This document shows positions 26,106 through 34,275 of a stretch of 64,000 bases of DNA, in pieces. The notes beneath the pieces were generated by a model that had not been told where the DNA came from, ran no database searches, and was given only the letters and a program-made list of their open reading frames with translations. The stretch covers positions 204,901 through 268,900 of the forward strand of contig CAWJRR010000002.1 in the NCBI GenBank assembly GCA_963845275.1, read 5' to 3'. A program made the translations under genes and the position numbers. This stretch comes from Candidatus Bathyarchaeota archaeon. GTDB taxonomy: Archaea > Thermoproteota > Bathyarchaeia > 40CM-2-53-6. How positions within the stretch are numbered: the stretch's first letter is position 1; each line of letters opens with the position of its first letter.

Positions 26106-27212
26106 CTACATTCTTTTCGTTGCGTTTCGAGTTAGCTCCAGCCATTTGTTTCTCATCTTGAGCGTTAGACCTGCACGCTCGCTAGGAGATGCCCCTCCTA
26201 AGTGTGCGTGAGGTCGGACGAAGTTGTAGTATATCATTGATCCTTGAGCGAAAGTATTTCCCGTGTCCAGGCTCTCTAAACCCTTCGTTAGGTCGTAACG
26301 TGGTCTGAGAGTACCGTGTAATCGCTCCACTACGTTATTGTTGCTCGGATCAGTAAATTTGGGGCTTGAAATGTGTCTTCGAATCTGCAGCTGCTTGGTT
26401 GCTTTCGGATATGACTTTAACCCGTCCGAGACGACGCAGTCCGATTTCTTGCCTGAATACTCTATCGCTTTCTCCAACACATGGCAGGCCTCTTCTGTGC
26501 TCCTGCCGGTAGTGATTTCTGACACGAGCAAGAATCTTGTTTTCCTGTCCAGCACATTCCATAGGTAGCTTTTCTTCCCGTTGACTTTCACGACCATTTC
26601 ATCCACATGCCACTCTCCACCCACCTGCGGAGTCATCTTAGCAGTAAACTTCGAAACTAGTTTCACATACTTCGTTATCCAGCGATAAACGCTCATGTGT
26701 GACACTTCACAGCCGTAAACCGTTGACAAATGATGCTGAATGTCACGGATGCTGACGTTCTTGAAGTAGAGATCCAATGCAGCAATGATCATGAGTGGGT
26801 CGTTACGCATCTTCGAGAAACCGAACCTGTCACTAAACTTGTATCCGCAACGTTTGCATTGATAACGTGCTGTAGACCCGGATTTGGTGCGTCTTTTTCC
26901 AATGCTCACTGTATCCTCGGGACTTGAATTACATCTTGGACAGGTCAACAACTCATAGTTCTGATTCGTCATGAGAATTTGCGGGAGCCTGTTCAGGAAC
27001 CCAATGGCATAGATATGTTTGCATGATGTCCCCGACTTTTCATTGTCAGGACAGTCGCAGACCCACTTTCCATTCAGCCATTCGACCGAGTACCAATTGT
27101 TTGATTTCTGAGAATGAACCTGATAGTTGTGCTGCGCTAATCTTCTTATTTGGCCACCACGTGAAACAATTTCCATTCCTCGAAGCTGTCGCATCCGTGA
27201 ACCGGCCATCAA
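26106..27212 (-). CDS. SWIM zinc finger + zinc ribbon + IS6/IS240-family DDE transposase
   Basis: SWIM motif CDCPDNEKSGTSCKH; zinc ribbon CPRCNS...CKRCGYKF; DDE core WHVDEMVVKV...YLWNVLD, VVSDGLKSYPKA, NNVVERLHGTLRPR, YYNFVRPH. Confidence 0.75.
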   Translation of the reverse strand: MMAGSRMRQLRGMEIVSRGGQIRRLAQHNYQVHSQKSNNWYSVEWLNGKWVCDCPDNEKSGTSCKHIYAIGFLNRLPQILMTNQNYELLTCPRCNSSPEDTVSIGKRRTKSGSTARYQCKRCGYKFSDRFGFSKMRNDPLMIIAALDLYFKNVSIRDIQHHLSTVYGCEVSHMSVYRWITKYVKLVSKFTAKMTPQVGGEWHVDEMVVKVNGKKSYLWNVLDRKTRFLLVSEITTGRSTEEACHVLEKAIEYSGKKSDCVVSDGLKSYPKATKQLQIRRHISSPKFTDPSNNNVVERLHGTLRPRYDLTKGLESLDTGNTFAQGSMIYYNFVRPHAHLGGASPSERAGLTLKMRNKWLELTRNATKRM

Positions 27213-27242
27213 GCGCTCCCTCTTTTCCAGTTTCCAACTTCC

Positions 27243-27830
27243 TTATTCCGAAAAATCACCGAACGGGAAAACGGGTAGAGGCATGTCCACAGATTGGGTT
27301 TCTTTGTTCATGCCGTTGAACGGGCAACTTTCATTTGCGCAGGTATAGCAAACGTCCTCGTGTGGCTTGTAATTTACGGCTGCCTTCTTTGGGTCTTTGG
27401 CCAGCAGCTCCCTGGTTAAGCGGGCTCTCTCCCGAGCTTCCCAGATGAATTGATCGTCAAGGACGATGTCTTCATGCCGGTTGGAGAGAACTAATTCATT
27501 TTGATCGTTAGGGTACAGAGCTGCTTGAAGTTTGTGGACCTCTCTGAGCTTATTAGCTGACTTTACTTCCACGAGCCTGGTTTTATCGGTGGGGTCGACG
27601 AAGATAAGATCAATTCGAAACCCGGTTCCGCGCTTTTCGATGGCGTCTAACTTGTAACCTAACTTTAGATGCCTCGCAATCACCCTTAGAGCTGCCGTCG
27701 CGTGCAAACCATGAAACTTGGACGCATTCTCCATGCTGAAAGGTGCTGAAACGTATGCTGGGCAGAGTATCTTTCTAGCTAAAAGGGAAGGAGGCGGCCA
27801 GATTCTTGAGACCGCCTTCATGGATGCCAT
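27243..27830 (-). CDS. Solo Cas4-like PD-(D/E)xK nuclease with Fe-S cysteine set
   Basis: N-terminal Cys (ILCPAY), RIDLIFVD...LVEVKS (D...ExK), HKLQAALY (QxxxY), C-terminal CYTCANESC. No CRISPR array or other cas gene is present in the window. Confidence 0.6.
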   Translation of the reverse strand: MASMKAVSRIWPPPSLLARKILCPAYVSAPFSMENASKFHGLHATAALRVIARHLKLGYKLDAIEKRGTGFRIDLIFVDPTDKTRLVEVKSANKLREVHKLQAALYPNDQNELVLSNRHEDIVLDDQFIWEARERARLTRELLAKDPKKAAVNYKPHEDVCYTCANESCPFNGMNKETQSVDMPLPVFPFGDFSE

Positions 27831-28005
27831 CCCCTCCGCAGTAACGCTAGCTGAACCTTTCGAAGCTCAGCTCGCTTTCCATTACGCGAAGCGGAACGGA
27901 TCGCGTCATCCAAGAGCAATAAAAATCTCTCTTGGCGTTCCGAGCCATCCAACATGGGATGGAAGACCAGAGTTTGGTTGCGGTTGCTCAACTTCGATAC
28001 ACAAT

Positions 28006-28050
28006 CGCTATATTATATATAGCGCAATATAAATATAGCGATTCGCTATA
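28006..28050. promoter_or_regulatory. Operator-like array of four CGCTATA half-sites in two palindromes within an A/T-rich divergent promoter region
   Basis: CGCTATA-N5-TATAGCG (28006-28024) and TATAGCG-ATT-CGCTATA (28034-28050). The array lies between the Cas4-like gene (minus) and the AbrB-like gene (plus, start 28071). Confidence 0.6.
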
Positions 28051-28070
28051 TTATCCATCGGTGGTAATGA

Positions 28071-28229
28071 TTGCCCATAACCCTCAAGCGAACTCTCGTC
28101 AAAATAGGCGGGAGTCTACGACTGACTGTTCCGCGAGAAGTAGCGGATATTCTGAAGGTTAAGGAAGGAGACGAGATTGAATTTTCCACCACGAATGGGG
28201 ATGTCGTGATACGGAAAGCAAGAAATTGA
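28071..28229 (+). CDS. AbrB/SpoVT-type (swapped-hairpin) DNA-binding protein, 52 aa
   Basis: TTG ORF not in the track: (M)PITLKRTLVKIGGSLRLTVPREVADILKVKEGDEIEFSTTNGDVVIRKARN. This is the classic SpoVT-AbrB pattern. It competes with the motif-less track ORF 27932-28162. Confidence 0.6.
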   Translation: MPITLKRTLVKIGGSLRLTVPREVADILKVKEGDEIEFSTTNGDVVIRKARN

Positions 28230-28306
28230 ACCGAAAGAGATTCAGGTCCATGAATGATGGTCGTTGCAGGTGAATCATCTTCACATGCCTTACCGTCTCA
28301 TGTTCC

Positions 28307-28489
28307 ATGAAATGCCCTATCAGAGTCATGAATTGTCCGAGATGCCACAGTCCAGCTCAAACAATGAATAAGTCTCTAGGGTGGGATTGGGGAAACGGAG
28401 AAGCCGACGTAATCATCGAATACTATTGTACTGGTTGCGGACGTAGATGGGAACATTGGGAAGGAACCTGTAAGATCGAAGAGAAGTGA
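28307..28489 (+). CDS. Small zinc-ribbon protein
   Basis: 60 aa, CPRCH...CTGCGRRW. Confidence 0.45.
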   Translation: MKCPIRVMNCPRCHSPAQTMNKSLGWDWGNGEADVIIEYYCTGCGRRWEHWEGTCKIEEK

Positions 28490-28576
28490 CATGAAGGCGC
28501 CCACTGCACCAGTCTAGTAGTCTCTTCCCGCGAAGCGTTATTACCGCTTAACATTACCCTCTCGGGTGAGTACAAC

Positions 28577-29728
28577 TTGTCTGTCCCTTCAAAGCTACAT
28601 GAACATTATACAGATTTTGTAGACCTGTTCTTCATTGTTGGAATTTCTCTTGGTGTTGAGCATTCGATCAGTATCTTTGCAACTCCTCTATCACTACCAT
28701 TTGCCTTTCTAGTCACTGCGTTTATCATAATTGGTCTGAGCTGGGTCTTCTATCACGACTCGACTGACAAGTTGCCGTACGTTAGCATTGAAAAAAGTGG
28801 GCTCCGTTTCTTCTTTGACTCTGCAATAGCCTTCTCCTACATTTTTCTGATTCTAAATGTTGACAGCTATACAAATTTCACCATCGTAGTCTTCATAATC
28901 TATTTTCTGTACGGTGTGCATGGATTTTCAACTGTGTGGGAATGCGGGTGGTTCCGAGGCTGGCCGCTGAAACCAACTTCGACTCCAAGTCTCTGGTTTG
29001 TCTTTTCTCTCATTTTCGTGTTAATTGCATATGCTTCATCATACGTTGGCGGGTGTTTGACTCTCGTTCTCGTCTTGGTCGGGATCGGACTTTCAAGGTT
29101 CCTCAGGCATAGCAAAAAGGCGCGACCTCAAACATTGCGTTTTGCTCAATGGGCCCATCTGCAGCCACGCCCAGTGGTCGCGTTGGACGTTGACGGTGTT
29201 CTGGCAGAACAGGTTCCCCCCGTCCTTGCTAGGGCCGAAAAAGAGATGGGAGTAAGAATGAGAAAAGAGGAGATTACAGCATGGGATACCCCAGTAGGCG
29301 GTGTACCGTTCGATAAACTCATTCTGAAGTATCTTCTTGATCCAGAATTCGTAATGTCTATGCCCATCGTGGAAGAAGCTCAGTCGGCCGTGAAAATGAT
29401 TAGAGCCAATTGCAAAGTAGTTGTGGCAAGCAGTAGACCCAAAGAGACTGAAGCATATACGATCAAGTGGCTGGTCGATAACTTCGAATTAACGTCTGGC
29501 ATGTTTCGAAATACGACCGGTACTAAAAAATCAGCTATATCTGCACACGTTCTAATCGACGATTACATTCCTAACCTCAAGAGTTTCACAGACAGGGGCC
29601 ACGGTCGTAAGGGAATTCTATTTTCTCAACCGTGGAACAATCAACAAGATGAAATTGCGGAACTTAAAGAGAAGAACATAATCACGGTCAAGAACAGTTG
29701 GAAAGAAATCGAGAAAATTCTCTCGTGA
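28577..29728 (+). CDS. Polytopic membrane domain fused to a 5'(3')-deoxyribonucleotidase (NT5C/HAD) domain
   Basis: The N-terminal ~190 aa carry 5-6 hydrophobic helices. The C-terminal domain has HAD motif I (VVALDVDGVLAE), ITAWD, VVVASSRPKE, KWL and LIDDYIPNL...ILFSQPWN, in the order typical of NT5C-type deoxynucleotidases. Confidence 0.65.
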   Translation: MSVPSKLHEHYTDFVDLFFIVGISLGVEHSISIFATPLSLPFAFLVTAFIIIGLSWVFYHDSTDKLPYVSIEKSGLRFFFDSAIAFSYIFLILNVDSYTNFTIVVFIIYFLYGVHGFSTVWECGWFRGWPLKPTSTPSLWFVFSLIFVLIAYASSYVGGCLTLVLVLVGIGLSRFLRHSKKARPQTLRFAQWAHLQPRPVVALDVDGVLAEQVPPVLARAEKEMGVRMRKEEITAWDTPVGGVPFDKLILKYLLDPEFVMSMPIVEEAQSAVKMIRANCKVVVASSRPKETEAYTIKWLVDNFELTSGMFRNTTGTKKSAISAHVLIDDYIPNLKSFTDRGHGRKGILFSQPWNNQQDEIAELKEKNIITVKNSWKEIEKILS

Positions 29729-29738
29729 GGCTAGACAA

Positions 29739-30416
29739 GTGGCTAACAACAATCCGGAACGCAAAGATGCAGAGAAAGGATTCCTAAGATCATACCCAAC
29801 GACCGGCTATTTCCTTTGCGCAGCCTCTATTGCGGCTGTCGCCTACCTGATGATACTTATCCTCCAGTTGAAACTGTATGAGTTCGATACGACTGTTCTT
29901 ACAACGATCATGAATGTTACCGTGGAACTCTTGGTAGCGGGAAGTGTCTTCTTAGTTGCTCTTGAAATGATTCAGAACATCTATACTCCCCTTGTCGAAA
30001 TCCGTAACCAACTAGCTGATATAGTAAGGAACTTACCGAAATTACCAGTTCAGGAATCAGTCGATCAAACAATCAAGGCTGGCCAGCAACTAGAGCCGCT
30101 TCAGGATTTTGTTCGCAGGCTTCAAAATAGATATTTGCTGATCAGACGCATGTTCATTTTCGGATTCTTAGTCGTTCTGGTGGCTGATCTCATGCTCGAA
30201 TTAGTCCACAGTCTATTCTTCTCTGCACTATCATCATTGCGTGGTATCTTGTTCGCGGTTGAGATTGCCATGCTTGTGGAGGCATTGAGCGTTTTTCTCC
30301 AAGCAATGCACATTGCGGTCGGATACACCGACAAGAATATTCCGTCTTTGTCAAAATCTTCGCCTATCTCTCGCACTCGCCTGTGTAAGTATATGGACAG
30401 TATATGGAAAGGCTAG
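29739..30416 (+). CDS. Integral membrane protein (about 4 TM), unknown function
   Basis: 225-aa GTG-start ORF 10 nt after the nucleotidase gene. Two hydrophobic helix pairs are separated by a charged helical linker. Confidence 0.5.
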   Translation: MANNNPERKDAEKGFLRSYPTTGYFLCAASIAAVAYLMILILQLKLYEFDTTVLTTIMNVTVELLVAGSVFLVALEMIQNIYTPLVEIRNQLADIVRNLPKLPVQESVDQTIKAGQQLEPLQDFVRRLQNRYLLIRRMFIFGFLVVLVADLMLELVHSLFFSALSSLRGILFAVEIAMLVEALSVFLQAMHIAVGYTDKNIPSLSKSSPISRTRLCKYMDSIWKG

Positions 30417-30424
30417 GGTTGATT

Positions 30425-30556
30425 ATGCCCATAGAATTCGAGGTTAAGATAAATCGTGTTCATGGCTCGTTGCGAATGACTGTACCTAAGGAAGTGGCAA
30501 CTATAGTTCTAGTTGGATTAACTGACAGCACGATGAGCGTTCGAAAAAAAGTTTGA
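30425..30556 (+). CDS. Second AbrB/SpoVT-like small protein, 43 aa
   Basis: ATG ORF not in the track: MPIEFEVKINRVHGSLRMTVPKEVATIVLVGLTDSTMSVRKKV. It starts 8 nt after the membrane protein gene. Confidence 0.45.
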   Translation: MPIEFEVKINRVHGSLRMTVPKEVATIVLVGLTDSTMSVRKKV

Positions 30557-30832
30557 GTCAATCCTGACCACAGCCTTCACGCTTTAGCAGATCGTTCGTT
30601 GGGGTAACAATATCTGAAGCAAATTCACAGTATGCTAAAGTATTCGATATAGCACCGATTGATTTTGGCTGCGATCAGAGTGGTTGACATCGGGAATATG
30701 AACGGACTGACTGGGGTTACTCAAATCGGCTTGTAGATATGGTCTGAGCGATGTCTAATTATCTTTGATCGATTTTGAAGAGGTATTCGGTTGTTGGCAT
30801 CTATAAGCATCCGTAACCGGAGCAACTTTTGG

Positions 30833-31636
30833 TTAGCCAATTTCTTCGACGTCCCGGTACCATTTCTTTGATGTTCCAGTTTTCGCTCGTTTTTCCCAGG
30901 TCGATGTTTTTGGTTCTTCGTTAATGGCCTGTAGTAGCCTATCGATTTTAGCTTCGACAGTAGCCTGCTCCTTAGGTGTAACGTCAAGTTTGCCCAAATA
31001 GTTTCTAAGTTTCTTGAGATTTGTTGTGACGGTATACCAGAATCCCCAATCGTTTGCCAGACTCCTAGCAATGTGAGGGGCATTAATGAGTTCGTCGTCT
31101 CCCGATCCTATCTCGTGACCTACAAGGAGTGCAGTGCAATCCTTAAGATCCTTCTCGTTTATCTGTACTATCTGCATCTTCTCTAGCAACAAGTCAGCGA
31201 GCGGAATTGTTGGGGAGTCTTTCTCAAGTCTGCCAGCGAAATTGACGGTGTGACACATTTCAAGTTTGTCAAAGAAGACGTCTGCGTGGTACTGTCTTTC
31301 AGGTGTTACATAGACGGCACGTCCCGCCCAAAGTCCAAGAAGTTGCGCTGCGCGGTCCGGCGTGTAGCCGAGTCTCTCTAGAAGCTTTTCCACATTGCTC
31401 CTCGTCTTTCCATACGTGATATAGTCCAAGTCGCTAAACTCCTCGCCTGAAGCTGACTTCCTAGCTAGTCTTGCATGAAGGCCGGTTAGGTCACCTGTGT
31501 GAATTCTGACGGCCACGGCTCCGATAACTCTGATGATGAGACCTTCTTCCGCGGCGCTCTGGACCGTTGTGACGCACAGATCACTTAAGAAATTTGAAAC
31601 GGATTTAGCAGTTGCAGCCAATGTTCTTCTTGGCAC
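30833..31636 (-). CDS. Nucleotidyltransferase-fold protein (NTP_transf_5 / AbiEii-like pattern)
   Basis: GLIIRVIGAVAVRIH...EEFSDLDYITYG...VEKLLERLGY fits the minimal NTase hG[GS]...D-x-D motif followed by a helical domain. Confidence 0.4.
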   Translation of the reverse strand: MPRRTLAATAKSVSNFLSDLCVTTVQSAAEEGLIIRVIGAVAVRIHTGDLTGLHARLARKSASGEEFSDLDYITYGKTRSNVEKLLERLGYTPDRAAQLLGLWAGRAVYVTPERQYHADVFFDKLEMCHTVNFAGRLEKDSPTIPLADLLLEKMQIVQINEKDLKDCTALLVGHEIGSGDDELINAPHIARSLANDWGFWYTVTTNLKKLRNYLGKLDVTPKEQATVEAKIDRLLQAINEEPKTSTWEKRAKTGTSKKWYRDVEEIG

Positions 31637-31777
31637 GCCGTTTCCGCATTTGGCGTTCTTAATACTTTCTCGCCAGTTTCATGCCAGACTATGAGAGGCG
31701 GCTAGTCTTTCTGTACTCATTAAGTGATCTAAAGACTCAAAAGACGCGTTTTCGCCAAGCGTATGAGACAGTGAGTA

Positions 31778-32293
31778 GTGATGCAGTTATTGGAAGATCG
31801 TTTTGAAAAACTGTGTATCTACAATTTTTCAATAGACTATCCTTCGATTTGCGATAGAATAGAATTTAACCCAAAATCCAAACGCGATGGTGGAGATCTA
31901 GTCTTCCACCTTCCTGACAAGGAAAAAATCTTCCTAACTTGGGGAAAGTTGGACAACGCTAGAAAGAAGTTTCAAACATTGGAGGAATACGCTGAATATA
32001 GCATCAATGAGGTAAGAAGAGGCGCTAAAGGCGGATTATTTGAAAGAACTCCGCCGCGCTCACTTAGAGTAAATTCGCATAACGCAGTTTATAATCAAAC
32101 TAGTCTTTCTGAACCCTCTTTAGGATTTTTGAAGGCTCACCGAAAATCAACTAAGCGCGGAACATACTCGATACATCTTTATTGTGACCAGTCCTGCAGA
32201 TTCTTCGTGGTCTATGAGTTGCTCTCCCGCGAAACAGAGATGAGCTCTGAAGAGACTTTCATGAAAATGGTGAACTCATTCAAATGTCACTAA
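31778..32293 (+). CDS. Hypothetical protein
   Basis: 171-aa ORF, no recognised motif. Confidence 0.35.
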   Translation: MMQLLEDRFEKLCIYNFSIDYPSICDRIEFNPKSKRDGGDLVFHLPDKEKIFLTWGKLDNARKKFQTLEEYAEYSINEVRRGAKGGLFERTPPRSLRVNSHNAVYNQTSLSEPSLGFLKAHRKSTKRGTYSIHLYCDQSCRFFVVYELLSRETEMSSEETFMKMVNSFKCH

Positions 32294-32353
32294 ACCATGA
32301 ACCCTTCTGATCTTTCTCGGCTAATCTAAACGTCGGGGGAGCCGCGTTCCAAG

Positions 32354-33283
32354 TCAGCCTGATGTCAGAATATAACCCTTGACTCTTCTAGATTCGAGAC
32401 TGATAACCGCTCCTCGCAGAATACCCTCACCATATTCGCTTCCGGGGTTTACACACAACGTATTGCCGATCATGATGGTCCCTCGGGATTCGTGAATGTG
32501 TCCGAAAAGCCCCACAAGCGGTTGATATTTCTCAATGGCATTTCGGACTGCCTTGCTGCCTACAGAGACGAATTCAGCCTTCGCGATCAGTTCTTTCGTC
32601 ATTTTGGGTGCTTCGTCAAGCCTTGATTCGTACGGAGGAGCGTGAAAATTAAAGATGGCATTCTTCATGTCTTTAACCCGTGAAGCCAAGTCGCTGATGA
32701 TCTCCGTCAGGTGCTCCTCGGAAGTGTCCCGGGGTAGATGCCAAGGGGTCATATTGGCATAACCCGTACAAATCATTTCATGGCCGTCAACATCGACGAG
32801 TTGGTTATGGCAGTAGACTAATGATTCTGACGTTTTAAGTACGTCATCAATTTCGTACGGATCGTCATTTCCTGCAGTGACGAAGACCTTTTTTTGGGGA
32901 AGTTTTTCCTTGGTGAGCGCAGCCCAATCCCTTAGTCGGTTCGAGGCCAGCTTAATGAACAGTTCCTGAGTCTTAGCTTTGTCAGATGTGATCTTCGCCC
33001 ATTCATCGGGAGATGTTGCGAAATCATAATAGCCTAGATCTCTTATGAGTTTCAAGAGTTTCGTAATTTCCGTTGGTGATTTTGCTGAGTAGTCTCTGCT
33101 CAAGAAGTTAGTAGTGAGACTACCGTCACCCATCTTCATCAAAGGGATTACCGCTTTTCCGGTAATGTCCCCACCAAGAATCATTTTATCTGCTTTGTAG
33201 AAGCTTGCCGCCCCGATAAATTTCAGAAATGTAATCTCAGAACCGTGCATATCTGTTGAAAAGAATATTCTGGTCACTCCCAA
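32354..33283 (-). CDS. Calcineurin-like metallophosphoesterase
   Basis: Motifs in order: FFSTDMHGS, LGGDITGK, TAGNDDP, NFHAPP, GHIHE. Confidence 0.75.
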   Translation of the reverse strand: MGVTRIFFSTDMHGSEITFLKFIGAASFYKADKMILGGDITGKAVIPLMKMGDGSLTTNFLSRDYSAKSPTEITKLLKLIRDLGYYDFATSPDEWAKITSDKAKTQELFIKLASNRLRDWAALTKEKLPQKKVFVTAGNDDPYEIDDVLKTSESLVYCHNQLVDVDGHEMICTGYANMTPWHLPRDTSEEHLTEIISDLASRVKDMKNAIFNFHAPPYESRLDEAPKMTKELIAKAEFVSVGSKAVRNAIEKYQPLVGLFGHIHESRGTIMIGNTLCVNPGSEYGEGILRGAVISLESRRVKGYILTSG

Positions 33284-33375
33284 CCCTCATACCCAGCTCA
33301 ATAAAGAAGCTGTGGTTGATAAGATTTGTTAAGCAAGGCTGAGGTTGACCGTGTAGTTTTTATCCCCGGGACTCG

Positions 33376-33404
33376 TGTCAAGCTGGAAGCTTTACGTGTC
33401 AAGG
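33376..33404. promoter_or_regulatory. Left arm of a perfect 29-bp inverted repeat (partner at 34194-34222) containing ACGTGTCAAG operator-like half-sites
   Basis: TGTCAAGCTGGAAGCTTTACGTGTCAAGG is the exact reverse complement of 34194-34222. About 32 further inward bases are about 78% similar. Confidence 0.7.
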
Positions 33405-33506
33405 CCAAATCTTGACATCTAAAGATATAACACTTCTATTGAGAGTCGCGGAAAGGAATGGCTGCGCGACTGCTTTAAGAAGCCTTTGATCTGCCCCTCA
33501 AGTGGG

Positions 33507-34022
33507 CTATCGAGATTGTCCGATCTGCAAAAAGTTTGTGCCGAGACCTTTGGGATCCAACAGTTTGGAAAAGACTAGCGCAGAGAGTTTCGAAGGATCT
33601 AGGTCCCTCTCTGCAGCCGTGAGTGAGATCCCGAACTTGGTCGCATTTTCCAAGAGCGTCGATTTGCATTGTTTCTTGTCTGGACAAATTTTGCATTTGC
33701 CCAAGTTATGCCGATACCAAATACGGAGACCAGATCGCGGATTTGCCATGATCACTGCCTCAGTTTGCAGCTCTTTACTCCATCCTACGAGCACTCCTCT
33801 GGCGGCATCAATTAGGCGAGGTTCAACTTGGTTAAGTTTGGATGCATCGTGCAACGCGGCCATCACCTTCTCGGGAATGGGTTGAGCTAGTTGGTTGACC
33901 GCTTGGCGGGTTATTTTCATTTTTCTTGCTATCTCGCTCTGTGAGAGACCATCCCGCATCATCATCCAAATCTTTAGCTGACGGCCAGTCAGATAGGCGC
34001 TATGTAGGCTCAAGCAATTCAC
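33507..34022 (-). CDS. HTH DNA-binding regulator (sigma-70 region 4 / Tfx-like N-terminus)
   Basis: LTGRQLKIWMMMRDGLSQSEIARKMKITRQAVNQL is a typical HTH. GTG start. Confidence 0.55.
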   Translation of the reverse strand: MNCLSLHSAYLTGRQLKIWMMMRDGLSQSEIARKMKITRQAVNQLAQPIPEKVMAALHDASKLNQVEPRLIDAARGVLVGWSKELQTEAVIMANPRSGLRIWYRHNLGKCKICPDKKQCKSTLLENATKFGISLTAAERDLDPSKLSALVFSKLLDPKGLGTNFLQIGQSR

Positions 34023-34177
34023 CCATAGTGCGCGAGTGCTCTCTCATGTAACTCACTTTCCTTATGGTTACCACCGATTATAAGTGTTTAGCGTAACCCA
34101 TGTATGGATTTTCTCCAAACCTAAAGAAACATTTGCGGCAGGCAAATATTGTGGATATACCAAAGTGTTATATCCTT

Positions 34178-34222
34178 ACGTGTCAAGCTTTAACCTTGAC
34201 ACGTAAAGCTTCCAGCTTGACA
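34178..34222. promoter_or_regulatory. Right arm of the inverted repeat, including the perfect palindrome ACGTGTCAAG-N7-CTTGACACGT (34178-34204)
   Basis: Read directly. It lies 54 bp upstream of the permease ORF start. Confidence 0.7.
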
Positions 34223-34275
34223 TGGCGTCGGAGGGAAAAGGCTCTAAGTAACGTGATGCATATGATGAATCCAAG

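Noticed and set aside
26076-27236. Terminal inverted repeats for the IS6-like gene (26076-26097 versus 27215-27236)
   Set aside because: Only about 13 of 21 positions match, which is too weak to call. The element ends remain undefined.
27932-28162. 76-aa track ORF overlapping the palindromic region
   Set aside because: It has no motif and spans the operator/TATA region. The overlapping 52-aa frame has a textbook SpoVT/AbrB signature.
30721-31083. 120-aa minus ORF overlapping the 3' end of the NTase-like gene
   Set aside because: It is an alternative frame of a longer ORF with a recognisable NTase motif.
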